Origin: Paragordius varius
Taxonomy: Eukaryota > Animalia > Nematomorpha
Direction of reading: 5' to 3'
DNA length: 64,000 nt
Assembly (NCBI GenBank): GCA_964247055.1
Contig: OZ176059.1
Location: 868,001-932,000, forward strand
In this document: piece after piece, positions 37,248-49,718 of the stretch
Layout: each line of letters starts with the position of its first letter
Position numbering within the stretch: position 1 is the first letter of the stretch
The notes under the pieces: generated by a model
The model's input: only the letters and a program-made list of their open reading frames with translations
Database searches by the model: none
What the model was told of the DNA's origin: nothing
Program-made: the position numbers and the translations under genes

Positions 37248-39411
37248 GGGTCGGGTGATAAAAAAATTTTTTTGACTTGACTTGCAAGTTTTTCAAGTCA
37301 TGGCTTGCTTTCATGTGATAAAATAAATTTAACATGACATAAGTCAAGCAAGAAAACTTGATAAGGAGGTGATAAAAAATCATATGTTCAAGTAAAACTT
37401 AAAGATTTTGCAAGTGTGGTGTAGGGCACACTTGACAGATTTAAATATATGATAAAATTATTTTGAAAACTATTTATGTGCAAAATTTAGGTTTTATATG
37501 TAATTCAAACCTTTGTTAATGCTATAAATTGTTAGTTTGATAAACTTTGGCTAATTAATCCATTCATTGGGTGGATACAAAAGAGGATAAATTTATAGAA
37601 AAACTCTGCTAATATTAAATAACATGGCACATAAAAATATGCTAAATATATCAATTCCGTGACCGCAAAAAAATTAGATTTTCGAAAATTTATTAAAATA
37701 ATAATTAAATATTAATCTTGTAAAATTTCAAAGCTTCGTTTATTAATAGCAAACTTCACTTTTATCCAATGTAAAGAATTTATTTCATCATAAATTTATT
37801 TCGAATGTAATGTTTATAACACTAGTCGACAAATTTGGACATTTTTGAGCACCACCACTCAAACTTTTAAATTATGACTAATTTTAGTGTTTTAAAACCG
37901 AATGTGAAAAAATTTTTGATCCCGCCAATTAGAATTTTGAAATATTATAGGTTTTTCAATTTTTCAAAAACAAGAGAAAATCGAGAGAAAATTAAATATA
38001 ACTTTATAATAAAATGTTATTATATTATAAACTTAATACCATTTATTAAAGCGTTTTAAACTCTATCTTTTGAATATAAATATGTTATTTAAATATCAGA
38101 GAGAAAAAAATAAACGGGCTTAAACGTCAAAATTTAGTCTTTTTCTTTCAAGTAAATTTCTAATATGTATAAAAAATTTTTAAAAAAATACTAAAAAAGG
38201 GATTCTATGGTTTAAACCTTCGGCTTTCAGATAGGCTATATTTTTTTTGTTAGTTTTCGTTGTTTCGAGTACTTATTAGGCTTTTTTTCTTGAGTTGGTT
38301 CTTACAAAAAATCCTTTATTTATACCTAGTGGATATACTTTATTTTTTAAAATTAGTGGTTGTTTTGCATTTTTAATTTCAGGATGTTGTGTAGCCAATT
38401 TTAGTAGAATTTACTATTATGGGATTGGACCATTTGTATTTACCTAATCTTTTTATTCAATTTAATTGTAGAATTTATCAAACTTTCTGTGAATTGGTTA
38501 ATTTGACATGTCAATTTGCCTGGATTTTGCTTGCAAGTCTCTCTTATCGGGCTTTACGATTACTTATTGTTATCTTTGCCATATCTGACATAATTGGATC
38601 GCTTGGGGGATATGCAGAGCTTGTGCAGCCGCCCGGATCTATCACACTATACATAAGCCCCTTTTAGATTTTTAATACTATGGCTCTTAGCATGTTTAGT
38701 ATCTTATTTAATGCCTAGAATTTTGTTATTCATGCATGGAATATTAGTTGTATCGACTTGTTCGTTTGAATTTTTAAACATATGTAAGGAATGATTGTTA
38801 TTTTTAAATTAAATACAAATTAAAAAAATTTAATTTCGGAAAAATCCTATTGGTGGCCTCAATTTTCTTTTTTGTTTTGGCCTTTCCATGCCATTAGGTA
38901 TCAGAAAATGCAAAAATAATGGGGTGGTGCAAAACCTTGTTGAGCAGTGTAATCAATTAAAAATAATTATGTTATATTGTATAAACATCTTCCCATTATA
39001 TTTGCAACTGGACTCCAAACAAAATAAGTAGTGTGGTAAAATAATGGAAAGTGTTTTAAGGGCGAATGGTTTCATCAATCTAAAAATTATTACCAGGTTC
39101 ACAATTTAAAAAGTCTATAATATTATATAAGATACGTGCCAGTGAGTTTGAAAAACTTCAATAAATGGATATTGTATTTTTTGTTTATATTTTTGTGCCT
39201 TATTTCATAAATTTTAGCTGAAAATGATCAAAAAAATTTCCATAAAATTCGAATTGGGTGGCAAAAAACTGTTACATTCATAAGCAAAAAACTTGACTTA
39301 AGTGTTTTTTTATCACCGATCTTCAAGTGTACACTTGCTGGCTTAAGTAATCTTGCTCAACTTGCCACGCTTGGCTTACAAGTCAATTGCGACTTTTTTA
39401 TCACCCCACCC
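37248..39411. mobile_element. GGG-ended TIR element with AAT TSD (PIF/Harbinger-related PHIS group, inferred), non-autonomous
   Basis: AAT-GGGTCGGGTGATAAAAAA...TTTTTTATCACCCCACCC-AAT (18-bp TIR, 1 mismatch). The paralogous empty site near 63388 has a single ATT. Confidence 0.8.
37820..38949. mobile_element. CACTAG...CAGTG element with TAA TSD (CMC/Chapaev3-like), copy 1
   Basis: TAA-CACTAGTCGACAA...TTGTTGAGCAGTG-TAA, 1.13 kb. A close copy lies at 45357-46482, and a decayed minus-strand reading frame lies inside. Confidence 0.8.
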
Positions 39412-40567
39412 AATGTTTTAAAATAATCCACATATATGGATCACAATTTTGTTGAGATAGTGGCTTCGCAGGCTCCAATCCAATTATGTGTAGGCCATAT
39501 ATACCTACTTCATAGGGACAAATTACACTGATTACAGTGATCAACTGCATCACAGGTTATGTATTAATGTATATATATATAGGAATTTTCCTAATGTGTG
39601 TAAGTCAAACCTCTTTACTCCATAAAGACAAATTCCTACATGTCTTTTTTAATTTAAATACCCGCAATTTTCACCCAATAATAGCTCTGTCTTTTTACAC
39701 TAAGATTCTTGAATAATATTTTTTTGTTAAAATTGTTTAAATTTAATGTGCTTGAGGCCTTTATACCCTTAAACCCGTTCAACAATATGTTTTTGAGGCT
39801 ATTTTTCGCCAAAATTATGAGATGATACGCGTATAAAGACAAAAAATTTGCCCTCGGGCTGCGTAGCACGCTAGTTTACATATTATTCTATAACGATGGT
39901 CCTCAAACAATGACGGGCCGAAAAAATATGTATGATTGGAACTAGTATTCTTAAACGAAAAAAGATAAACTTATGAAAAAAATTTTAAAGTGAAATAATT
40001 CTTTAACTAATTTGTCTGGTTTTATTGCGAATGTTAAGGCTATGGATTAATGCTTTAAAATCATAAATAGATATGCTCTGAATAGCTAAACATATTATTT
40101 CCAAGATCAATCCTTAAAAAGCATACTTATCGGACAATTAAGATGGGAAGATTTAATAATCTTTACATAGTTGTAACTTTTTAAAGGTAGAAGCCAAACT
40201 TTGCCTAAAATTTTCAAGCCTTCGTCTACTTCTTCATGCGCAACCTTGGTAATGGCAAAAAGTTAGGGTTGTCGATTTTGATTAACCATTAAGATTCCCA
40301 CATAATTATAATTGCATTCGCGACTGTGAATATGACCACTTGGTTAAATAACAGTCAAAAATTGGAAAACATCTGTTTCACATAACATTAAATGCATATG
40401 ATATTTTGATATAAAAATTATATTCTCTGGTTTTCACTAATAAATTAGAAATTTGATTAGGTTTTAGGACTGAAGATGTCAGGTTATGATCAAAAATCAC
40501 TGCATTAATAAGCGATCCATATTTTTTAACGGTCAAAAGCCAAACCTACTCCCACGCATTGAATATA

Positions 40568-40820
40568 CACTGAAAATTGAAATACGGACATAAGGTAAAA
40601 CACAAAGACAAAAATATTTTTTAATTTTTTTAATATAGCTCATTGTTTAAATTGGAAGTGTGATACAGAGATATATAATACTAAGACTACAATTAAATCT
40701 ATATATTACAATTGTAATTAAATAGCTTATATAGGTAAAATTAAGGTTTGAATGGGGAAGTTTTTTTTGAATATTTGCCTTTATATTTTTCCGTTTTGTC
40801 CGTAAAATTTCAATTTTTAC
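40568..40820. mobile_element. Family A MITE, nearly identical (inverted) to 57605-57859
   Basis: About 2 differences from the reverse complement of 57606-57870. It lacks the terminal TG. Confidence 0.85.
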
Positions 40821-42114
40821 CTATAATATAAAAATATAGCGAAATTTGGGCACATTTTTATATAAATTTCTTGTTAAAGTTAAAGGCTTCATTCCAAAAA
40901 ATGCCACTAAAATATATCATAAACTACAAATAAAAGCAAAACATTGTTTTAAATAATTTCTATTTTTAGATGTGGGCTCCGAAAGTTCCAAATTTCTAGT
41001 TCTCTTTAATATATACACAAAAATACATTACTCGATTAAAATTTAAAATGTATACTAAATTTGGATATCAACTTTTAAAAAATACATTATTTTTTTCAAA
41101 AATTTATTGTTTAGCAAAGTTTTGTTAAAGCTTACTTTACACTATTTTGAGGCATGATAACGGTATAAAAACGCATTACATTATTATAAAACAATTTATC
41201 TATATAAACCAATAATACTGAACATTATCCCAGAATTAGAATCGAAATATTCGTTCGTTTTCGAATTTTGCTGAATATGTATATAAAAATTCACGAAAAT
41301 TTGATAAAATTATGCGGTGATAGTAATAGATTTAGCAAGCCTTTTTTAGAAGAACAAAAAAAATTTGGATTTTTGGAGGCCACATAATTAAATTTTTGAA
41401 AATATTGTTTCGCTTTTTATATATAGTTTAATGAAGCCTTTAACTTTCATTAAAAAAATTTTGTTTAATAAAATGTCACCTGCCATTTTCTGATATGAAG
41501 TACCACAAAATTGTTAATAACTTTCTTAAATTCTCTTAGTTTTCAAACCAAACGCATCATGATAATCCTAATATATTCATCAGAATGATATATTTAGGAT
41601 ATTTTTATATCCACTGATTTAGGACGCAATCATATGGTTAATAGTAAATAATTGACTATGGTATAAACTTGCATATATTAAAAATAATTGTGTAATATCA
41701 GCATTTTTTTGCTTTGATTTGAAAAAACATAAATTTTACCGAGCGTCAAAAATAAAACACTTTCGGTACTCAATAAAAAATCAATATAAATTAATATTTT
41801 TTTACTTTTTAAAATATTTGGTAATATGTAAGGATAGAATTTGGTTTTTAGCCTTAATCAAAAAATCGATATGAAGTACAAAGCGACTTTACTATATGCC
41901 AGAAAAGTTGAAATAATCTTACTTAAACACCATGATACTGAATGCACTTTTTGTTACAATGTATATATATTATTAGTATATTTACACCGGGTGTGTGAAA
42001 TGTGTGCTATTATTGCATATAAAATATTTATTTACAAACAGGCCGAAAATATTATTTCTAATAATATATCAATCTCTCGAATATTTATTTTAGGTTGACA
42101 CTTAAATTATATTA

Positions 42115-42630
42115 TTTAAATACCCCAGACAATATTTAAGATGATATTTTTAACAAAACTACGGAAAGAAACGTTTTCAATATAAATTTATGCTTCCATC
42201 CTGATAAAAATTATACAAATAAGCCAAAACCTCTAAATTAAATTTAGTTTTGGGAAAAAAGTTTCGTATCAAATATTTGGGCACCATTTTTATTTTACAA
42301 TTTCGCAAAATACGTTTTTACTTGATTCTAAGCTTAAAATTTAGTTTACCTTTTAATTGTAATCACATTTAACATGTATATGACAGATAAAGTGGCATAT
42401 TTTGTATTATTTTACTATTTAGTTTATGCATACATGTCATGCTGACTAAATTTATTTAACCTTTGAATTTTACGTCTGAATTAGTGATACCAAGTATTTT
42501 TAAATAATTTTTTTATATTTCGGTTCATTATAAGGGCAATATTGTACGATGGTTTCAATTTGTTTTATATTATATTTAATTTTAAACAGGCCTGTGTATC
42601 CAACGACCCCAACCATGTTTAAATAAGTAA
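42115..42630 (+). mobile_element. Family F repeat, copy 3
   Basis: TACCCCAGAC...TATGCTTCCATCCTGATAAAAA...TGTATCCAACGACCCCAA is collinear with 10015-10560. Confidence 0.5.
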
Positions 42631-42649
42631 TACTTAAGTCCTTATGCTT

Positions 42650-43207
42650 ATGTTTTTTTACTTATGCTTACATTTTTGAATAAATATCTTACATTCACCA
42701 TAAGTCTGCTCCTAGTAGACTTAAATTGGTGTAACTTAAAAATATTGGGAATTTTTGAATTCTGATTGGAGGATAAAAAGTCTATATTTAACCAAACATT
42801 ATTTGAGCAAAATTGCTTCAATGACACTAAAAGAAGTCTACATGACCCTTTAAAAAAATAAATCCTAAAACCAGGATGCTCCAAAGTTTTTTAGAAATCT
42901 AGGCGCGCATTTCATCTAATTTAAAGTTACACCACTTTAAAATTTTAACAAGTCTCTTAGGAGAACACTTATGATGAATGTATGATAAGAGATAGAACAT
43001 GCGCATATCCTTAAAACAATGGAAAATTACTCCGTTGAATTACAGCTAAATCCGGTCGACCTCATACCACACGGCTTAACACAATAACAAAAGACCTCGA
43101 ATCGCTTAATTTAAATCTAGAATTAATAAGATCAAGAAAAGATTGGAAAAAATTAACGGGTGTACCGCAATTCAATATAGAATTCCCATACAAATGATGA
43201 TGATGAT
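42650..43207. mobile_element. RTE-type LINE relic in a head-to-head arrangement
   Basis: The plus frame gives SGRPHTTRLNTITKDLESLNLNLELIRSRKDWKKL followed by a (TGA)4 tail. The minus frame 42884-42648 resembles the preceding RTE segment. Confidence 0.55.
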
Positions 43208-43404
43208 AAGTAAAAAAATATAAACATAAGGAATTAAGGAGGTAAGTATTACTTACTTTAACATTGGTCCAAGTGTTAATGGTTGCTAAATTCTTTTAAA
43301 ATGCAATTTGCAATCACAGCCTTTTTTGTTTAGATTAAAAGCCTACTTTAATGCTTTTAACATTGTAAGTTTTGAGATCTGTGAAGAAGATAAAAATGTT
43401 TTAA

Positions 43405-45066
43405 TCTATATATTTATAAAAATAAAAAATACTGGCTTTGTGATCTGTTTCCGGAAAACTGGTAGACCCATTCAATTCCACATGTAGAAAAATATAATCA
43501 TTAAATGCCCCGACAATAGCTTTGCCCTTTTTGAATTAGGCCCCCAGTTGGGGCCCCAGCCCGTGTAAAAAAGGGGTTTTTTTGAAAACACAGGTTCACG
43601 AAAATCGTGTCTTTGAGACAATTTTTTGGAAAACGTATTGGACCATTCGAATTCAAATATGATTTTTTTATTTTTGATTTCGTCGAACATTGTCGAGTCG
43701 CTAGGCCCTTTTTTTACTCACTCCCCCGTAATGCCATTTTTTTCAAAAAAACCAAGTTTACAAAATAATTTATTCAATCTATTGGTCCCCCAATGTGTGC
43801 GACCGTAAAAATTCAATGAGGATTCCAGGTATTCCCTGTTAAAGGCAAAAATTTTAGTGGTGCGTTTTATATTGATTGCGGTACCTTTACGCCCTAAAAA
43901 ATGCGCTATCATTGAACATTAAATTTCGAATGAATGATGTCCAGGTATTCCCCTATAAAGGCAAAATTTTTAACGGTCTTTTTAATTGGTCTCTTAAGGG
44001 GCTACCCGCCTACAACTGCGCCACCATATCGATACAGCGTGACTTTGGAGGCAAAATTAGAAATCTTATCAGGCCATATGAATTCAATAAGGGCTTGAAA
44101 TATTACCCGTAAAAAGGCAAAAATTTAAGTAGAGCGGTTTTATTGAATTACCCCTTAATTAGGCCCTTGCCCTGAAAAATGCGCCACCATAGAATGACTT
44201 TTTGGTTTTGAAGCAATTATTCGAAAATGACCAGAGCATATGGAATCAATCATGATTCCAGGTATTACCCGAATTAAGGCAAAAATTTTAATCAATCGTT
44301 TTTTTGTTTCGCCCCTGGTTAGGAAGCTACCCGCGTAAAACTGCGTCACCATATCGATACAGCATGCCTTTGGAGCCAAATTTTAGAAAACCTATGAGAC
44401 TATTTGAGTTCAATAAGGGCCTAAAATATTCATTACTCCTTAAAAAACAAATATTTTAGTATAAGAGGTTATTTTAATGGGTCGCCAAGTAAAATTTTAC
44501 GCCCTGAAAAATGAGCCACCATAGAATAATTTTTTAGTTTTGAAGCAATATTTCTAAGAACTTATAGGAACATATGGAATCCATGATAATTCCAGATACT
44601 CCCCATATAAAGGCAAATATTTTGCCCAATGCTTTTTTTTATGCCTGCCCCTGGGTAAGGAGCTACCCGCCAAAAACTGCGCCACTATATAAAAATTGCT
44701 TTGTTTTGGAGTTAATTTACAGAAAATTTATGAAGCCATATGAGCTCATTAATTGAAATATTACCCGTAACTAGGTAAAAATTAAGGTCAGGCGTTTTTT
44801 TATTAGCCGTTGATTTGGGGCCTGTATGCCCTAAAAATACGCCATCATATACGATTATTTAGAGTTGAGATTTTTCGAATAACCCATGAGACGATACTCT
44901 CAAAGATGATTCCAAATATATGCCCTAAAGGCAAAGAATTTATTCAGCGTTTTTTCCATATAGGTCTATGGGTAGGAGTCTACCGGTTTAAAACTGAGAC
45001 GCCATACAATTGAGGCTATTAGCCAAAATTATGAGATCATACGCGTTTAAAGGCAAAATTTGCCCC
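43405..45066 (+). mobile_element. Non-autonomous Helitron copy, internally deleted and 3'-truncated
   Basis: A|TCTATATATTTATAAAAAT 5' end, collinear with 35674 onward with one extra repeat unit. It jumps to the TTGAGGCTATT...AAATTTGCCC segment and lacks the CTAG end. Confidence 0.75.
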
Positions 45067-45200
45067 TCATCCCCCCAAGAGGTCCAAAGACTTCCTCGTT
45101 TAAAATATCATGCTTTTGATACCATAAAATTTGGTGTTAAAAATATCACTTTCATGTTTATCTTAAAAAATATTTTTATATTTAATCTATAAAAAGCTTA

Positions 45201-46522
45201 CAGTAAGAGTAAGTATATATCGCTAGAAAGTTATTAATTATTGCCAAATAGTTTATAAAGCAAAGGGCAGTATTATTGGCTTATAGTTAATTTTTCCCTT
45301 TTTGCAATTATTAGCCAATAATAATTCTCTTTGCTGCATATGCTATTTGGCAATAACACTAGTCGACAAATTTGGACATTTTTAAGCACCACCACTCAAA
45401 CATTTTAAATTATGACTAATTTCAGTGTTTTAAAACCGAATTTGAAAAAAATTTTGATCCCGCCAATCAGAATTTTGAAATATTATAGGTTTTTCAATTT
45501 TTCAAAAACAAGAGAAAATCGAGAGAAAATTAAATATAACTTTATAATAAAATGTTATTATATTATAAACTTAATATCATTTAATAAAGCGTTTTAAACT
45601 CTATCTTTTGAATATAAATATGTCATTTAAATATCAGAGAATAGTACGGACTTAAACGTCAAAATTTAGTCCTTTTCTTTCAAGTGAATTTTTAATACGT
45701 ATAAAAAAATTTTAAAAAAATACTAAAAAAGGGATTCTATGGTTTAAACCTTCGGCTTTCAGATAGGCTATATTTATTTGTTAGTTTTCGTTCTTTTGAG
45801 TACTTATTAGACTTTTTCTCTTGAGTTGGTTCTTATAAAAAATTCTTTATTTATACCTAGTGGATATACCTTATTTTTTTAAAATTATTGGTTGTTTTGT
45901 ATTTTGAATTTTAGATGGATGTTGTTTAGCCACTTTTAGTAGAATTTACTGTTATGGGGTTGGACCATTTGTATTTACCTAATTTATATTCAATTTAATT
46001 GTATTTATCTAACTTTATTCTGTAAATTGGTTAATTTAACATGTCAATTTGCCTGGATTTTGCTTGCAAGTCTCTCTTATCGGACTTTACGATTACTTAT
46101 TGTTATCTTTGCCATATCTGGCATAATTGGATCGCTTGGGGGATATGCAGAACTTGTGCAGCCGCCCGGATCTATCACACTATACATAAGCCCCTTTTAA
46201 ATTTTTAATACTTTGGCTCTTAGCTTGTTTAGTATCTTATTTAATGCCTAGAATTTGTTATCCATGCATGAAAAATTACTTGTATCGACTTGCTTGTTTG
46301 AATATTTAAACATATGTACCTGAGGAATGATTGTTATTTTTGAATTAAATACAAATTCAAAAATTAAATTTTGGAAAAATCCTATTGGTGGCCTCAATTT
46401 TCTTTTTTGTTTTGGCCTATCCATGCCATTAGGTATCAGAAAATGCAAAAATAATGGGGTGGTGCAAAACCTTGTTGATCAGTAATTAATAACTTTCTAG
46501 CAATGTGTACTTACTCATACTG
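45201..46522. mobile_element. Family D MITE split by the 45357-46482 insertion
   Basis: The right arm TTGGCAATAA|TTAATAACTTTCTAGCAATG is interrupted exactly at TAA (compare the intact copy at 24770-24959). Confidence 0.8.
45357..46482. mobile_element. CACTAG...CAG(TG) element with TAA TSD, copy 2
   Basis: Collinear with 37820-38949, TAA on both sides, terminal TG lost. Confidence 0.8.
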
Positions 46523-47197
46523 TTTATTATTATTATCAACTAATGATGATATATTCAAATTCAACCTTCTATTTGATAATAATTTATATTTTTCGTAATA
46601 TTAATAATAATAAACATTGATTGATTATATATGTACAAACATATGTATTTAGAATAATGAGCAAACGTGTATTTTTGGGTCTATATATCACAAAATAGAG
46701 GAATTGTACATAACCAAGATATAAAAAAATTTTTTGAGGGAATAGAAGAGTATTTGATTTATAAAAAATTAGAGTTGTGTTGTTCCATACCCATAATAAA
46801 AAAAGTTATATAGCTCTTTGAATACATAATAACAAAATCATTGTTAAAGCATTATATGAAGTAGGTGTAGGGGTTTGATCAAAAAATTTTCAACATTATG
46901 TATGCTGTTATCACACAATTTGGTTATTAACCATAAACAAACAATATAATAATATGTAGAATTAAAAAGTTAAAAAGCTTAAAAAATTCAATAACAACAT
47001 ATACAAATTATCTTTGTCAACAGGTAAATTAAAAATCCATCATTCAATTACATAAAAAAAATAGTAAATTGGGAAATAAATAAAGGTAACAGCGAAAAAA
47101 ATTAATATAATAAAATAAAAAATGTATTCATCATTATCATATCATTCAAACATATATAGTATTAAAGACTAAAACATCAATTTTATCATCGTATGAT

Positions 47198-47669
47198 TCA
47201 TAAAGTAAGAGGCTGATATAAGAAATGGGTTGGTTTGTTTGCATTTGGGAAGGTAGGACGAAACAGCCAGCTAGATGTCCGATTTGAAAGGGACGCAAAG
47301 ATACAGTACAATTTAAATTATACGGACAAAAACGTAAAAATAGATAGACAAATTTTTTAAAAAAACATAATCATAAAATTTAAAAACGTAATTTTTCTCA
47401 TATAAATAGACTATGTAATCGATTGATTGTTTTACCAATATACATCTCTTGATACTTTACAATAATGAATGATTTGTATATAAAAGATTCAATTCAAGAT
47501 TTAACAAGTATGGTGGTCTTTGAAATAATATTTGCCTTTTCATTTTTACGTTTTGTCCGTATAGTTTCATTTTTACTGTATTTTTTCCTTTACCAATCGA
47601 TGATTTTGGTCAATACAAGAGCGCATGTAAACAAAAAAAGGACCCATGTTTTCCACACTTCTGAGTAAT
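47198..47669 (-). pseudogene. Candidate FGF terminal exon, interrupted by a MITE and an in-frame TGA (or spliced around them)
   Basis: Strong acceptor TTTTTTCTTTAATTATAG. Phase 0 gives ITQKC at the conserved FGF Cys spacing. After removing the MITE the frame continues to NKPTHFLYQP*, 49 residues after the Cys. The middle is poorly conserved. Confidence 0.4.
47304..47578. mobile_element. Family A MITE inside the candidate FGF last exon
   Basis: TA-CAGTACAATTTAAATTATACGGACAAAA...TTTTACTG-TA. Confidence 0.85.
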
Positions 47670-47813
47670 CTATAATTAAAGAAAAAATATATAATTGTTA
47701 TGGAATAATGAATGGAGCATTTTAAAAATTCACAGGAAAAAATTTAATTAAACAGACAAAAACTAAAAGACATATATATTTTTTCAAAACACAACCATAC
47801 TTTTTCTGTATCT

Positions 47814-47851
<38 letters not shown>

Positions 47852-48849
47852 CTATTTAAACACATTCTATAATTTCTAGAAAAACTGAAATTATACGGAC
47901 AAAACGCAAAAATGTAAAAACTTATGTTTTTTTCAAATAACAAACATACTTTTTCAAAATCTAAATTTTCATTATATAGATAGTAATATATATCTCTCGA
48001 AAACTTTGCTATTTCAAGAGTTATATTTATAAAAATTAAGATGAAAAAATAATTGTTGTCTTTTAAGAAAAAAATATTTGTCTTTATGATTTTACGTTAT
48101 GTCCGTATTGATGAGTTAAGTTAAATCAAAATATTAAAAAAATGTCTTTTACTTTGGGAGTCTTTTGTCTATATAATTTTTTTCATTTATTGCTGCATAG
48201 GGCTCACTATAATATAAGACGTTCGCTGCTCTTAGTCAAATAAATATTTATTTATAATAATTTCAATCTCATGATGTTATTTAGTTGATTTTCTAATATT
48301 TTACAAGGTTATTTTTTCGATCAAATTAATTTTAAATTTGGGAGATACATTATATATCAGTGGTATACTCAAATCGCGAACCACGGGCCCCATGGCTTCA
48401 AAAACGCCTGATATTTAATTTTTTCATACTTATTTAGGGTATAAATATATTGATATGTGGCTAACAGCTATAAATTATTCACATTATTATTATGTAGTAC
48501 ACGGTCCTAAACATAAGATTTTTTTTGATGAGCACCCATTACCTTATGCAAACCCGTTAATAGTCATTATCGCATAATTTAAAACTGAAATAAATTACAA
48601 AAATATGTGATAAATTACATTGCCATAGTGTAGCTTTTGTTACACAGCTAGGATTTGCAATCAAATCATCTACAATAGCAATAACTTTAGGCCATCGCCC
48701 TAAACATCTAATAATGATAACTGGCGAAAAATTGTGTATTAAAGATGGATAAAGGATTATTGTAATATTTCATGTTTGAACCAGCCATTATTTTAGATGA
48801 TTGATGATGTTGTTCAGGAATTATTGACAATTCAACTTGACCATCATGC

Positions 48850-49480
48850 TTGATTGCAAGGTAAAAGTTTTGAACTTTTTCATTCATTATCGTATGTTTA
48901 TCATATGTATTAGCAACCTTGTTTAAGGTATTATTATTGTGACTATGTGAGTTAATAATATTCGAATCGGAAGCAACTGAGAATGAGCTGCTTGTTTCAA
49001 AGTCATCATTACGTGTTAATTGTGGCGTAACTTTAAATTGGCGCAGAGTGAAGAAATGGTGATTATAGGTGGATTTAATGAAAATGCATTGATAATTGAA
49101 TTTCCCCTATTATTTATACATATGATAAATAACTAATTAAAATCAACATATTATATGTTTAGATAATTTTTATTAAGCTACTTTAATGTAAAAACTTTTT
49201 TCTCATTGATTTTGCTTAAATAACCATGGTATTGGTTATGAGGACGATATCTTCATATGTAAAAAAATAATGTAATCAGAATTTTTTTATCTATTGCCTA
49301 ATTTATTAAAGGTTAAGAGAGTGTAGTGTTTTCCCGTGATGTTGGTTCAGTTTATTTAGGGTTTTTTGCCAAGGACACATAGTAAAAAAGTAATAAGCTC
49401 CCCTCGATTTATACAAGATATATTCGAAATCGATACATGATGGTAAACTTCAATTATGAAGCTTAACCACTATCTTATTT
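48850..49480 (+). pseudogene. Possible highly decayed APE-type endonuclease relic (TE-derived) in FGF intron 2
   Basis: Fragments VIIGGFNENAL (GDFN-like), LDLY (LDH-like) and NHYLI (SDH-like) occur in plausible order but in broken frames. Confidence 0.25.
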
Positions 49481-49718
49481 TGTAAGAGAATGTAAACAAG
49501 GTATCACACTAGCTCAATTTTCTACTTTAAATCTTTCATCTCTAATGACCTATTAAAAGCCCTTTGATAACTAACAATCGAAGGCGTAGCTTGCATTTCT
49601 AAAGCCGGTTGTATGAATCCGTGATGGCGCCCCCCTCATTCCCAAGCAACCCGTTTTAAAAAAATAAATTTAAACCGTGGACATAACTATTCATAAATGG
49701 ATGATTATTTATGTATTA

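Larger units (their letters stand above)
35674..39874 (+). mobile_element. Non-autonomous Helitron (about 2 kb native) carrying nested insertions
   Basis: A|TCTATAG...TATAAAAATG 5' end and GCCCTCGGGCTGCGTAGCACG-CTAG|T 3' end; internal 166/332-bp degenerate tandem units; homologous to 43405-45066 and 62886-64000. Confidence 0.8.

Noticed and set aside
41841-42098. ORF containing DTECTFCYNVY, resembling the FGF ECxF..YNxY motif
   Set aside because: It is on the wrong strand for the FGF gene, the motif spacing is wrong, and the context looks TE-derived.
42650-43207. Twin-primed (5'-inverted) LINE insertion
   Set aside because: The inverted arm also duplicates sequence 3' of the (TGA)n tail, which twin-priming would not copy.
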